A stretch of 62,790 nt of DNA, filler included, from Hausera hauseri (lineage: Eukaryota), in NCBI GenBank assembly GCA_046269625.1. It is 10 parts of 10 records of this genome, joined end to end, with 100 filler letters (N's around TTAATTAATTAA, not from the genome) between each part and the next. Parts side by side here need not be neighbours in the genome. Positions count along the whole stretch, not along the records: positions 32,407 to 39,426 come from JBJURY010043333.1; positions 39,527 to 43,924 come from JBJURY010600555.1; positions 44,025 to 48,998 come from JBJURY010373925.1; 7 more parts are not named here. The stretch is one strand, 5' to 3'. Shown here one piece after another: positions 35,263 through 47,000 of this stretch. Made by a program: the position numbers and the translations under genes. Below the pieces are notes generated by a model that made no database searches, was not told the DNA's origin, and worked only from the letters and a program-made list of their open reading frames with translations. Each line of letters opens with the position of its first letter. Within the stretch, counting starts at the first letter, position 1.

Positions 35263-36087
35263 TGTGGTATAGCTAATAAAAAAGAAGCATATGATGATCT
35301 CACAGCGGAGAGACGCAGTCGTCAGTTTGCGCTACGCGTATGGCCATCAGTGCTACGCGTATGGCGATCTGACGATCTGCGCTTTTTTTTTTTTTTTTTT
35401 GCCGGCCGGGCAGCCTGTTGCACATTCCTACTGTATCTAACATTTGACTGGGATGTGTGATGACATAAAATTCACATCCCAGCGATATCTACCGGTAGTA
35501 TATTGTGATGAGAAGCTACACGAAGCTACATGCTAGCTACGGCCAGCTAGCTTCTCTACTACTTAGCTCTCAAAGAAAACAGACTTTTAACACCATCTAC
35601 GCACAGTTTTCAACAAAAAAAAAAGGTGAGGGTAAATATCGCTTTTACTTACTTCCACAGATAACTTTTAGCTCGAGGAGATGACGCCCTGCTCGGCTCC
35701 GAGGCTCCGGTGGAGAGGATCGGGTAGACCGGCGGAGCTCCATCTAGCTCGCTCTGAATTTTCTCGTCGGCCAGCAAGCACAAAAAAAATGCCAGCGCTT
35801 CAGCATTAAACACGGTGTTGTTCTTATTGTTTTTAAAATCTTTAAAATAGGTTCAGCCGCTACTCCGAGTCCGAGAAATTGCAAATGGCGGATCGGTGTT
35901 TTGAAAAGTTTCTGAAAGATCCAGTGACTCCTCCCCCTGACCAATCAGTGACCGACAGTGCGCTGATGTCATAACTGGACCCAACAAGAACCAGACCTAG
36001 TACCCCAGCGAAGCAGGTCCCAAAAATGGGTCGGGTTCCACCGCTAGAGGCACTGTGGGATAAGCGACACAATCGGCCCGAACTAGT

Positions 36088-39000
36088 TATCATCATCATC
36101 ATCATCATCACTTTTATTGTCCCCTTAGGGAAATTTTCCTTGCAGCAAGGTGGCAATAAAATTAAAACATACATAACCATCACACCACAAATTTGACCAA
36201 CAATAAAAAATCCATGTACAAATATCAATAACACATCAATAAAACTGTCTGAACAACAACATCACGCCTGGTTATATTTAAAATTTATCTGAATAATGGC
36301 CTGGCTGATAAAAGAGTTTTTCAATCTGTTTGTTCTAGATTTGGGCTGCCTGAATCTCTTCCCAGATGGAAGGAGCTCAAATTCGTCATGGAGAGGGTGA
36401 TTTGGAGAGTTAATTATGTGTTCGGCCTTTTGTAGGACTCTTTTTAAAAAGGTGTCTTTTACATCAGGTAATCTAACTCCTATAATTTTGCCTGCTACTT
36501 TTACAATTTGTTGCATCCTGTTTTTGTCTCCTATTGATAGACTGCCAAACCAGGTGATAAAAGCAAAAGTGAGTACAGATTCAATCAGAGAGTTGTAGAA
36601 AATAATCATCAGCTTTTTACACACTCCAAACTTATTCAGTTTGCGGAGGAAGTGAAGTCTTTGGTGAGCTTTCTTACTAACCTTATCTGTGTTTTCACTG
36701 AATGTCAGCTTCTTGTCAATGACAACTCCCAGATATTTATAGCATGAAACACTCTCCACAGTTTCATTTTTTATGAGAAGTGAAGGTGCTGGACTGGACT
36801 TCTTTCTAAAATCTATACACATACCTTTGGTTTTTGAGACATTTAATTTCAGATAGGAATTATCACACCACATAATAAAATCCTCCACTACCTGACCAGG
36901 TGAGTCATCCTCTCCCTGTAACAGGCTGACAATGACAGTGTCATCTGCAAATTTCAGAATGTGTCTGTTTATGTACTGACTCCTGCAATCATTGGTGTAC
37001 AGGATGTACAGCAGGGGAGAAAGAACGCAGCCTTGAGGAGAACCAGTGGAAGAAAATGCCTCATATGACATAGAACCATTTACCCTGACACACTGAGATC
37101 TATCAACAAGGAAATCTAAAACCCATCCAGCAACACTAGGACACAGGTTAAAATCGTTCAGTAATTTACGAGTTAAAATGTGAGGCTGAATGGTATTAAA
37201 AGCCGAGGAAAAATCTACAAAAAGTAAATGAACGGAAGAGCCGAGGCCATCGATGTGCTTAAAAATTAGGTTAAGAAGTGTTAAGATGGCATCGTCAACC
37301 CCTCTATCACATCTGTAAGCAAATTGTAAAGGATCTAGTTTATCCTCAACAGATTCGACCAACTTCTTCTTCATTAGTTTTTCAAAAGCTTTCATGACTA
37401 GAGATGTGAGGGCCACAGGTCTAAAATCACTTATGACCTTGGGGGATTTGTTCTTTGGCACAGGAACAATTGTGGATTTTTTCCACAATGCTGGAACCTT
37501 TTGTTGCTCTAAAGACTGACTAAAAATATGATTAAAAACACCAGAGAGTTGGTCTGCACAGTGCTTAAGGATACACCCTGAAATATTATCTGGACCAGGG
37601 CTCTTGGTGATTTTAGTTCTGCTAAGCACACTTTTAACATCCTGAACATTAAACGTACAACCGGAAAATGGGTAAGAAGAAATCTCCTGTTTAATTTGTT
37701 TAATTTGATCTCTAAAATCCTTACTATCAAACCTAAGATAGTAATTATTAAAATTATTTGCTAGATCATTATCTGAATTAAACCCATTTAATTTGATGTA
37801 TGAATTACGAACTTTCTGAGTTCCAGTCATGGCTGACATGCCATTCCACACTGTTTTTAAATTACTACTCTTAAAATGTTGTTCAAGTTTTTCCTTATAA
37901 TTAAGTTTAGCTTTTTTAATTTCTGTTCTCACCAGTTTCTTGGCTTCTTTTCTCCTCTCAGCATTTCCCTCTTTAAAACATGTACGTTTCTCTATTATTA
38001 AATTTTTCAGTGACTTATTAATCCATGACTTATTGTTAGGGTAAACTTTCACATGAGAAACAGGAATACATGATTCTTCACAAAAGTTGATGTAACTACA
38101 TACAGTTGAGGTGAGTTCATTAAGGTCCACTTCACCTGCAAGGAGATCTTGCTGTCCTTCTGGATGAGTAAACACAGACCAGTCAGTGCAGTCCAAACTG
38201 CTCTGCAGATGCTGGATGGCATCCTTAGTCCACCGTTTCACAGTTTTTATTTGGGCAGCCTCTCTTTTTAAAACAGACTTGTAAATGGGTACCAAATGAA
38301 CAGTGCTGTGATCAGAGGAACCCAAAGGAGGAAGCAAGAAGGATCTATATGCATCCTTAATGGATCCGTAGCAGAGATCAAGAGTTTTGTTAAAACGAGT
38401 AGGGCAGGTAACATACTGATAAAAATGAGTTAGAGAAGACTTCAATTTGCAATGGTTAAAATCGCCCAAAATAAAAACAGGTGCGTCAGGGGACAGAAGC
38501 TGTAGTTTCTCAGTGGATTGGTTTATCAAGTGAGCTGCGTTTTTGATGTTGGCTTTGGGATGAATGTAGACCACGGTGATAAATATCTGAGGGAACTCCC
38601 TGGGGAGGTAAAAAGGTCGGACTGACACAGACAACAGTTCTACATCAGGGGTACATATAATATCTCGAACTTTGACATTGTTGCTCCACCGTTTGTTGAT
38701 ATATATGCAAACCCCGCCTCCATGGGATTTCCCTGTTGCGCCATTGTCTCTATCCAGCCGCACGGGAACCCCAAAGCCATCAAGCTCTATGTCCAAATCA
38801 CTGTCGTTGTTAGAAAGCCAAGTTTCGGTTAGGGCCAACAAACAAGCATTCCTGTATTCATGAAGATGGAGGACGTTTGCCTGGAGCTCATCCGTTTTGT
38901 TACGAAGTGACTGAACGTTCGAAAGAATCATGGTGGGAAGTGGTGTACGGTTTATTCCCAGCCGCCGCTTCCTCAATCGGACCCCGCCCCTCTTGCCCCG

Positions 39001-39426
39001 CTTCCGTATATTATTATTTTTAAAACCTCCATTATGCCTGTAAATTAAATTATTATCCAAGTGAAGGACCAGAGAGTCTGACAGATGTGAGTACGTATTG
39101 TATTGCAGTAAAAGTTCTCTGGAGTACTGAAGCCTGGTGACGTGGGGATGTCCATGGCAGACGTTGTAGACGCCGAGTTCAAGAGCAATTATAATCCACA
39201 AAACAAATACAAGAAGCAGATCCATGATCATATCCTCTTCAATGTGATCTTCAGTAGTTCAGACAATAAAAAATGTTAAATGCGACTTCCAAAAACTTAA
39301 AAAACTTAAAAAAAAAAACTCAATTCAATTCAGTCAGAACACTCATACTTTCCACCTGCTGCTGGTCGCTACAAGAGCAGGTAGAGCAGGAGAGGGAGGT
39401 GGGTGATGAGGAGTTGGTGAGTGGAG
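36088..39426 (-). mobile_element. Rex1/Babar-clade LINE, apparently full length
   Basis: Single EN-RT ORF; 3' end CCCTAAGGGGACAATAAAAG followed by a (TGA)n tail at 36088-36110. Confidence 0.88.
36262..39231 (-). CDS. Intact 989-aa APE endonuclease-reverse transcriptase
   Basis: RKRGKRGG, LSNVQSL, LTETWL, GDFN, SDH; DFRPVALTS, QFAY, DFSSAFNTI, GSPQGCVLSP, FADD, YKYLG; no stops. Confidence 0.95.
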   Translation of the reverse strand: MIMDLLLVFVLWIIIALELGVYNVCHGHPHVTRLQYSRELLLQYNTYSHLSDSLVLHLDNNLIYRHNGGFKNNNIRKRGKRGGVRLRKRRLGINRTPLPTMILSNVQSLRNKTDELQANVLHLHEYRNACLLALTETWLSNNDSDLDIELDGFGVPVRLDRDNGATGKSHGGGVCIYINKRWSNNVKVRDIICTPDVELLSVSVRPFYLPREFPQIFITVVYIHPKANIKNAAHLINQSTEKLQLLSPDAPVFILGDFNHCKLKSSLTHFYQYVTCPTRFNKTLDLCYGSIKDAYRSFLLPPLGSSDHSTVHLVPIYKSVLKREAAQIKTVKRWTKDAIQHLQSSLDCTDWSVFTHPEGQQDLLAGEVDLNELTSTVCSYINFCEESCIPVSHVKVYPNNKSWINKSLKNLIIEKRTCFKEGNAERRKEAKKLVRTEIKKAKLNYKEKLEQHFKSSNLKTVWNGMSAMTGTQKVRNSYIKLNGFNSDNDLANNFNNYYLRFDSKDFRDQIKQIKQEISSYPFSGCTFNVQDVKSVLSRTKITKSPGPDNISGCILKHCADQLSGVFNHIFSQSLEQQKVPALWKKSTIVPVPKNKSPKVISDFRPVALTSLVMKAFEKLMKKKLVESVEDKLDPLQFAYRCDRGVDDAILTLLNLIFKHIDGLGSSVHLLFVDFSSAFNTIQPHILTRKLLNDFNLCPSVAGWVLDFLVDRSQCVRVNGSMSYEAFSSTGSPQGCVLSPLLYILYTNDCRSQYINRHILKFADDTVIVSLLQGEDDSPGQVVEDFIMWCDNSYLKLNVSKTKGMCIDFRKKSSPAPSLLIKNETVESVSCYKYLGVVIDKKLTFSENTDKVSKKAHQRLHFLRKLNKFGVCKKLMIIFYNSLIESVLTFAFITWFGSLSIGDKNRMQQIVKVAGKIIGVRLPDVKDTFLKRVLQKAEHIINSPNHPLHDEFELLPSGKRFRQPKSRTNRLKNSFISQAIIQINFKYNQA

Positions 39427-39903
39427 NNNNNNNNNNNNNNNNNNNNNNNNNNNNNNNNNNNNNNNNNNNNTTAATTAATTAANNNNNNNNNNNNNNNNNN
39501 NNNNNNNNNNNNNNNNNNNNNNNNNNCATCACGTACCGATACCCATCGTTGATGCTGGCGTACGGAATCATTTCCATCAGATCCATTGGCAGCACGATAT
39601 GCACGAGTTGGAAACCACCTTCTTATCGGTTTGTTTAGGCTGTATGCTGACTGTTTCCCGAGCCAACGTTGGGTCTGTTGCCGAATCTGTTTGACAGTCT
39701 TTGCCTATTTGTCGACGCCAGTATACCCGACGGGATGTCACAGATCGAACCACACGTCACCTATCGTTGTCGTCGATGGTGTCGGTTTTGCTTGCATTAC
39801 AATTTGAACAAAACGTAAATGCAAGATTCGGTAAACTGGGGCAAAATGATGAAAACCGTGCGCACATCGCCGAATCATCATATACTTACCGTCATTGTTT
39901 ATA

Positions 39904-40227
39904 CTATGCTGCTGAAGAACCAATGAGTTTACACAGTAATAACGTGACAATCGGTAGAATTGCACCAAGGAATCCGCCATATTGCTGGCACATGACCTCT
40001 CGTTTCAGTCATTTACTACGGGTGTTGGCGAGGTCAATGAGTCGTTTTCGATACTTTAGTAAATTCCGCTTTTTACTACCAATGTCAACGTGACCCACAA
40101 CGATATTGTATAAAATTTCCATCAAATTGTCTACAAATTTCGGGAATGATCGCAGAATGTTTCGCTTATGTTTCGTAGGTGCCTTGGGCAAAGCGATAAA
40201 GTACGGCTGACTGCATTTGAATAGCAT
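39904..40227 (-). pseudogene. Conserved small Polinton virion/core protein ending in a QxGGFL motif
   Basis: LMEILYNIVVGHVDI..KYRKRLIDLA..*LKREVMCQQYGGFLGAILPIV; one internal stop at 40009. Confidence 0.7.
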
Positions 40228-40438
40228 TTTTTGGACGTATTGATGCTGAGACGTAGTTGTTTATAACCGTTGCCACTGTGACGGTAATTTGCATCTAGTT
40301 GCTGCTGCTGTTGCTGTTCGAAGCATAGAATTGATTAATCGCTTGACTGTAGCGGTTAATTTTGATACACGTTTCTTGCCGGCCACCTGCTTGGTAGGTT
40401 TACGTTTAACAATTTTTCGGAAATTTTTTATTTTATCA

Positions 40439-41075
40439 CTATCGTGTCGTAGATTTCTGAATTTGTTTATAGGCACCTTTCTGATTGAAAATATCTGTTC
40501 GTACACGCATGTTATCGGGACACTGTTGTGTAAAGTCGATGAACAAGTATCCGTGTATCTCGGTCGTGGCATCATGATATGCATCTATCAAGTAGTCTCG
40601 GTTGTGAGGAAATGTTTTTCGTGCAACATAATCAATGATAGTTTAATCTCGGGGATTTTTGAACAACGCTAAATAGTGTACGTTTAGATTTGTTTGATAC
40701 TGTCCGCCCCGGTGGAACATGTTTTGCGTAATGAAAATAACCGTCACACCACAGTATCGCGCAATCTTCGTGAACAGGTTGTTGAAGTCCGGTTGTTTCG
40801 CGGCTTCCTGAAATAAATCGTCGATGACAATAACGTCACCGTTGCGTAATCCCTCAGACCAGTTCTCATCAAACCCATCAATTACCGTTATCGATTTCAG
40901 TTTACAAAATTCCCGATGTGTCAAATCGGACTCACCATCATCACCAACACCCTGATGCCAGTATGTGGTTGTACCGCGGTGAATGGAATGTCACGGTAGT
41001 TCTGCAATAGTTTGCACAGTGCTTTGCCACTTCCACTGGGTCCTACAATCTGGAAAATGGCATAATTCTGAAGCT
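40439..41075 (-). pseudogene. A32/FtsK-like genome packaging ATPase
   Basis: Walker A IVGPSGSGK, Walker B VIVIDD, FITQNMF, LFKNPRD, then after a stop ARKTFP..AYHDAT..GYLFIDF..RVRTDIF. Confidence 0.88.
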
Positions 41076-41169
41076 TCGTCTAATAATAGTAATAATAATA
41101 CAACCTTTCCTCACATGATTTGTTTATAACACGCATATAAATAGCTATAGTGTAAACACTGTTTCCATA

Positions 41170-41630
41170 ATGTTAGCTAATATCAACTATCGCGCACATG
41201 TTACCGAGTGTGACATTAACACAACCTTTTAATCAATGGAAGTCGAGGCAGTATGTCCTCAAGTGTTTACCGGATTTTATATGCATCATATTTCAATCGG
41301 GAAAGTGTCGTATTATGGGTTGTCGCAAACCAATCACAGCTGACAACAATCACAGTAAACTACTACCATTCGGAATTGTCATTGACCAAATCCAATAAAT
41401 AACGGTAACGACTCAGACTACCATCAAACAATCAATCTGTACAAATTAGCAATGGCCACTGAATGTACGTATGAACCCGAACTTTTTTCTGCACTGAGAC
41501 TGACATTGTTTTACCCACTTTGTGTTAGTGTGTTTAGCAGTGGAAAAATTGTTGTACTCTGTATTCGGACAGTGGACTATGAACCGATTATTAATAAAAT
41601 TAAAAACCACATAAATGTTTTAGTGAACCA
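41170..41630 (+). pseudogene. TATA-binding-protein-like gene
   Basis: Two TBP half-repeats: IIFQSGKCRIMG and YEPELFSALRL..VSVFSSGKIVVL (TBP: LIFSSGKMVCTG; YEPELFPGLIY..LIFVSGKVVLTG). Frameshifted, with a stop at 41396. Confidence 0.75.
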
Positions 41631-41697
41631 AAATAATGTAGTCTGTACAACAACAAACTACAAATACCATTCCCATGCTCATTCAGACATTACTACC

Positions 41698-42081
41698 ATG
41701 GAATACGACGATAAAACGAGTTTACTCAATGATAGTGATGGTGGTGGTGGTGACAGTGATGAAAGTTCAGATTGGTCGTGGTTGTTTGGCTATAAAAAGG
41801 ACAATTCTAATATCAAATTGCTGGAAAGGAAAACAGAACCTGTCCAACAATTACAAAAACCGTGTGATAATTCTAATGGAGATTGCTTGCAGGGCGATTG
41901 TCTGGAAAAGAAAAAGGAACTTGCTCAGAAATTAGCAGCAGCAAAACCGACGTTAAAAAGGCAAAATGCAATGATTGGAATATGTAAAGTAAAATCAAAA
42001 CCGTCGACGCGCCAAACACATTTTTACCGAAACGAATTTTTCGCAAATATGAAATGCATTTTTTGCAAACACCCGTACTGA
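41698..42081 (+). CDS. Hypothetical viral protein, Cys-rich C-terminus
   Basis: ACCATGG start context (MEYDDK...), composition distinct from the TBP-like part of ORF 41452. Confidence 0.4.
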   Translation: MEYDDKTSLLNDSDGGGGDSDESSDWSWLFGYKKDNSNIKLLERKTEPVQQLQKPCDNSNGDCLQGDCLEKKKELAQKLAAAKPTLKRQNAMIGICKVKSKPSTRQTHFYRNEFFANMKCIFCKHPY

Positions 42082-42390
42082 TTTCATTGATTTTTGTGGT
42101 GAAATTAAGGTGTTGCTGGAAAACAAATCCTGGGAACCGTATGCTTTTTAGAAAGGCAGTGCAATCGCACAAATCGTTTTTCTTTGCTGTGAAGAGGCTT
42201 AATTCATTGTAATGTCGCCGGAACAACTGGGATTGTTTTGCGTCAATGAATCGGCAACACGAAATGAAAGCAAAGAATTTGGCTTTGGTGATATGGACAA
42301 AACCACCTTGTTTAATGATTGTGATAATAATATTAGTTAGTTGTTTTGCTCGTGTTAGAAACAAAAAAATGATTTTGTACATGATAAGTA

Positions 42391-42880
42391 ATGGCGACAG
42401 GATTTATAGATATTGAAGCTTTCCAAAATGATAATGCCCGGTACATAATAAAGGAATTATGCATTATGGACATCAGTAACGTTTTCGAACCGCTTGTGTA
42501 CATATTCAAGCCCGGTATTGTGTGGAAAGACCTGACGGAAAAAGCAAAAATTACAAACGGATTTCTCCTTCGACATCGTAATGAACTTAATTGGTATGAA
42601 GGCAATTCAATTTTCTGTGCGACGTGTATTATGGGAGATTTGTTATCGTTTTGACATTGAAAATAGAATATTTTACATTAAAAATCAAATTGACGGAAAA
42701 AAGTTTACATAACGCCAGTCACAGTTTCCATAGTTGCGAATGATAACGTATTTAACAACATCAAACAAATCTCTCGCGATGGTACCTAATAATATCGGAT
42801 GTCCGTATCGTGATCATTGACCAAATTGTGCTTACAAAAAATGTCTACGGCTTTGTATTAACTATATTTCATGCAAATAA
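42391..42880 (+). pseudogene. DEDD/RNase H-fold exonuclease-like protein of the type seen in Mavericks
   Basis: IDIEAF..YIIKEL..IFKP..W..L..N..L..LNWYEG; degraded downstream part with CPY..H..C. Confidence 0.6.
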
Positions 42881-43199
42881 ATAAATGTATTTCTGTTTCT
42901 TTTTTCTTTCCGTATTGGTCAGTTAAATAATTCAGAAACCATAAATACGGGTAGGAAATAATATTAGTCATCATGAAAATAGTTAATCAACTGAAGCAGT
43001 TGCAAAATTTTGATGGATTATCAATTTCAGATGGTACGATGGTGGCAAGTATTTGATAGTGAGCTGCTTGCGAAAGCAGCAGGTGATTTTGGATTTAAAG
43101 AAGATTTAGAGTCAATAGCATTGATGACAGCAACAACAGATTGCAGCTCTATAGAAAATCTAATTATTCTATTAAATCAAATATACATTCGCCGATTGT

Positions 43200-43421
43200 A
43201 TGACACAAATTACTTTAATACTGTTGAAAAGATACGCGGTACGAGACTGTCAATTTATGTGTGTACTATGTAAACAAAGAAAAGTTGATACGGTATTCTT
43301 AATGTGCGGCCATCTCGTTGTTTGTCAAATGTGTTCCACCACCACCACCATAAAAGTAATCCGACAATGTCCAGAATGTAAATGTGCTATAGTGGAAATT
43401 GTACACATTTACTATGAATAA
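43200..43421 (+). CDS. C3HC4 RING protein (IAP/MDM2 type)
   Basis: CVLC..VFLMCGHLVVCQMC..CPEC..I; probably joined by frameshift to ORF 43010-43273. Confidence 0.8.
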   Translation: MTQITLILLKRYAVRDCQFMCVLCKQRKVDTVFLMCGHLVVCQMCSTTTTIKVIRQCPECKCAIVEIVHIYYE

Positions 43422-44024
43422 ATGAATACATTGACTTTTCTGTAATGTGTAACTCAACAGCTTCGTGGTGGAGTTTATAGGGACAATTTGTTGCACTGAC
43501 TCTCTATGTAAATACTCAATGTTGACACATTTATAATATAAACAAAACAGTGAGTTTCTACCACCATGGAAACAGTCAGAAACAACAACAACAATAATCA
43601 AACGACCGGAAAAAGCACTGAAACAACGACTTTGGAATCTTATAGAACAATTCAATGACTTAAGCACTCGTCAAATGCATGTTATTGCTGCCATGCGTGA
43701 AATTGCAGACGAACATTTGTAATGTCATACGTTAATAAATATGTGTATTCTTTAGTGTCTTTTTATTAGAACTACGTTTTGTAATGTCAACATCTGATGC
43801 TTACACTAGTGCAATATAAACAAAACAATTTGGTTCATGTGCACATATATATAGAGGCGTATTTTCACTTCATTTCTGTCTCTCTTTCTCTGCCTCTACA
43901 AAACAACAACAACAACAACAACAANNNNNNNNNNNNNNNNNNNNNNNNNNNNNNNNNNNNNNNNNNNNTTAATTAATTAANNNNNNNNNNNNNNNNNNNN
44001 NNNNNNNNNNNNNNNNNNNNNNNN

Positions 44025-47000
44025 CGAAGAAATGAAAGCCGTGTCTCGCGTAATCGTAGCCTTTCCAGGCATTCCTTTCGATCCAAATATCGAGATGAAA
44101 GAATAATTTGCTTTTGTCATAACAAATTCCACAGAGATGCAAGAAAATGTCTTTTGGGCTGTACATTTTACGACGAACGTTATGCAGTAGACAACCCAAT
44201 CTGCATTTATTACACAAAGCATGAGTCCAAGGCTAGGTCGTGTGTGCCAGGATGCAAACATTATAAAAAGAATTCTAGTTTTTCTCCATCTTCTTCGCCT
44301 CCTCGTACTCATCATTTCTCTTCTTTTTCCCAACAAACCTCAAAAAATTAATAACGCCGCAAAATGCCACTGCACATTCTGGTATAGGCGATATCGCTCA
44401 GTGTTTTGGCTGTTTCAACACCGCCTCTGCAGTCTTTCTGTTGAAATCTGAACTGTTATTTGGAGGCACCTCACATATAGACTTCCTTATCGATTTAGGA
44501 TCTGCCTTTTCACTTGTTCCTTTCTCCTTCGCTCCTACATCTTACACAATTTTCTCTTCTTCACTCTTCAATGCCTGTGGTCAACCCTTGAACATTGTAG
44601 GTACCACAAAACTGTCCTTCACATCCTCCAACCTACCAGGAAAATTCTCTTGGAAATTTCACATAGCCAATATTAGATCGCCAATAATAAGCTCCGATTT
44701 CCTGCCTGCATACGATTTGTTAGTCGACTGTAAGCCTAGATGTATCCTGCGTAGAAACTCCGCTGCAAATACCAACAAATGCTCACCAGACGACCAGTCG
44801 TACACCTTCTTGTCTTCCTCTGTTCATTCAAATGTCAATTTGACATGCTGTTCATCGGCTGATAACAATACGCTTAATAATTCATCCACGTTTTCAATTT
44901 TGTCAAGTGTGAACAAATCAATCGTGAAACAATCGGTCAAACCGAATGTCATTAATAAAGTGTTCAGTCATTCTGCATCAATTACAGCCACTGACTCTTC
45001 TAATAATATGCCTTCATCATTCTTATCGTTGGAATCAATCTTAAATCCTACATCAAAACAACTTCTTTCCACACTCTCAAGAAGGACGTCAATTTCAAGC
45101 CGCATTCTACAACTTATTACCACATACTCACCGAACACCAATGACCTATCAGAAAAAAGGTCAGACCACTGTCACCTCGTAGGCGAAAAGCCATTGAATC
45201 AGAGTTCAATGAACTCGAAAAGGCCGGCATTATTCGAAGATCCAAATCTCCATGGGCTTTCCCTTTGCATGTAGTGACAAAGAAAGATGGCACTTACAGA
45301 CCATGTGGTGACTATCGCAGTTAAACTACCTAACAGCCCTGGATGCTTACCCTTTACCTCTCATAAACGACATCCTACACAGTCTTACCAACACTAACAC
45401 GTACTCCACAATTGACTTGCACAAAGCTTATCATTAAATTTCGGTTGCATTTGACGATATTCCAAAAACTGCTGTTATTACTCCATTTGGCCTCAATGAA
45501 TATATCTTTATGCCATTTGGTTTACGTAGTGTTTCCAAAACTTTTCAACGACACATTGATACCGTCCTCTCAAGCCTTGATTTTGCTCATTCATACATTG
45601 ATGACATATTAGTTCCTTCTATTTGTGTTAAACAGCATCAAGAACACCTTCGTATTATCTTTCACAGACTACATCACAGCAATTTGCAAGTCAACTTTTC
45701 CAAGTGTCATTTCTTTCAAAAACGTTTAAATTTACTGGGTCATGTCATCACTCCTCACGGCCATTCTCCACAACCGGATCGACTACAACAATTGAAAAAC
45801 ATAACGCTACCAACGACTAATATACGGATATGAGGAGTTTCTTAGGCACACTCCACTTCATCCACAAATACGTACCTCATTGTTCTGAGCTCACAGCACC
45901 TATCGCATATTCATCTTCAGGGAAAGAGGCCGTTAGTCCACTGGACTCCTGATTTAGTCGCCAAATTTGATCACTTACGCGAAGGCCTAAAATCGTAGAA
46001 ATACTGGCCTATCCGAAGTCCAAGGCAGACCTTATACTCACAAACGATGCCTCAACCACAGCTACCGGTGCAATACTACACCATATTTCCAACGGCGATG
46101 ATGAGCCATTAGAATTTTACTCTAGGAAGCTTACACAACCTGAAAGCCCTTACTCAACATTTGATCGTCAGTTACTCGCCATAGTTCTGGCAGTAAGACA
46201 TTGCAAACACCTCCTTTTTTCTCGTCCATTTGTTATTCAAACTGACCACAAGCCGCTCCTGCATATCATGTCGTTAAACCAATTATCGCCGAGATAAGAG
46301 CGACATATATCATATCTGTCTACGTTCAGTTTTGTTTTAAAATACAATTCAGACACAGACAATTGGTAGCAGATTTTCTATCGAGGTCGATTGGCTCCAT
46401 AACAGTTGAGACGATTTTCTTATCCGAAGACTTAAAGGCCAATCATCCGTCTGTTGACCTCCTTAGCTGTATCAAATCCTTCGAAATCATTGATGGCGTT
46501 GCTTTTGATACGTCGAATTCCGGTAAGAAAAAGATCATTCTAGATCCACGTTTACAAAAGCCAGCCTTCCTTCATACGCATTCACTCCATCATCCGGGTT
46601 CGAAAGCAACCTTTCGCCTGCTTCAACGTCATGTAGTTTGGCCATCAATGCGCGAAGATGTACAGGGCTGGGTTAAGGAATGCGTAGTCTGTCAAAAATA
46701 CAAAATCAAGAAACATCTGAAACCGCCGCTTTACCATTTCCCCTGTACATCACGTTTTAATACAGTTCATCTTGATCTCTTTGGCCCTTTACCTGCTGAC
46801 AACGGATATCAATATATCCTTACTTTAATGGATCGTGCTACTTTCTGGCCTGAAGCCGTTCCTCTTCGTTCAACAAACACTGATTCAGCAGCCGACGCCT
46901 TTGTAAATAGTTAAATCAGCCGTTTTGGTTCCCCACGTTACATAATAACAGATCAAGGTCCACTGTTTGAATCGGAACTCTTTAAATCGCTTGTAAAACG

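Larger units (their letters stand above)
39527..43924. mobile_element. Polinton/Maverick (adintovirus-like) endogenous virus fragment, decayed
   Basis: Packaging ATPase, QxGGFL protein, DEDD-like protein and RING gene as compact AT-rich genes separated by AATAAA signals. Confidence 0.8.

Noticed and set aside
41452-42081. 209-aa ORF as a single TBP fusion protein
   Set aside because: The TBP-like part ends near 41630 and a new strong start context appears at 41698; more likely two genes joined by loss of a stop in a decayed element.
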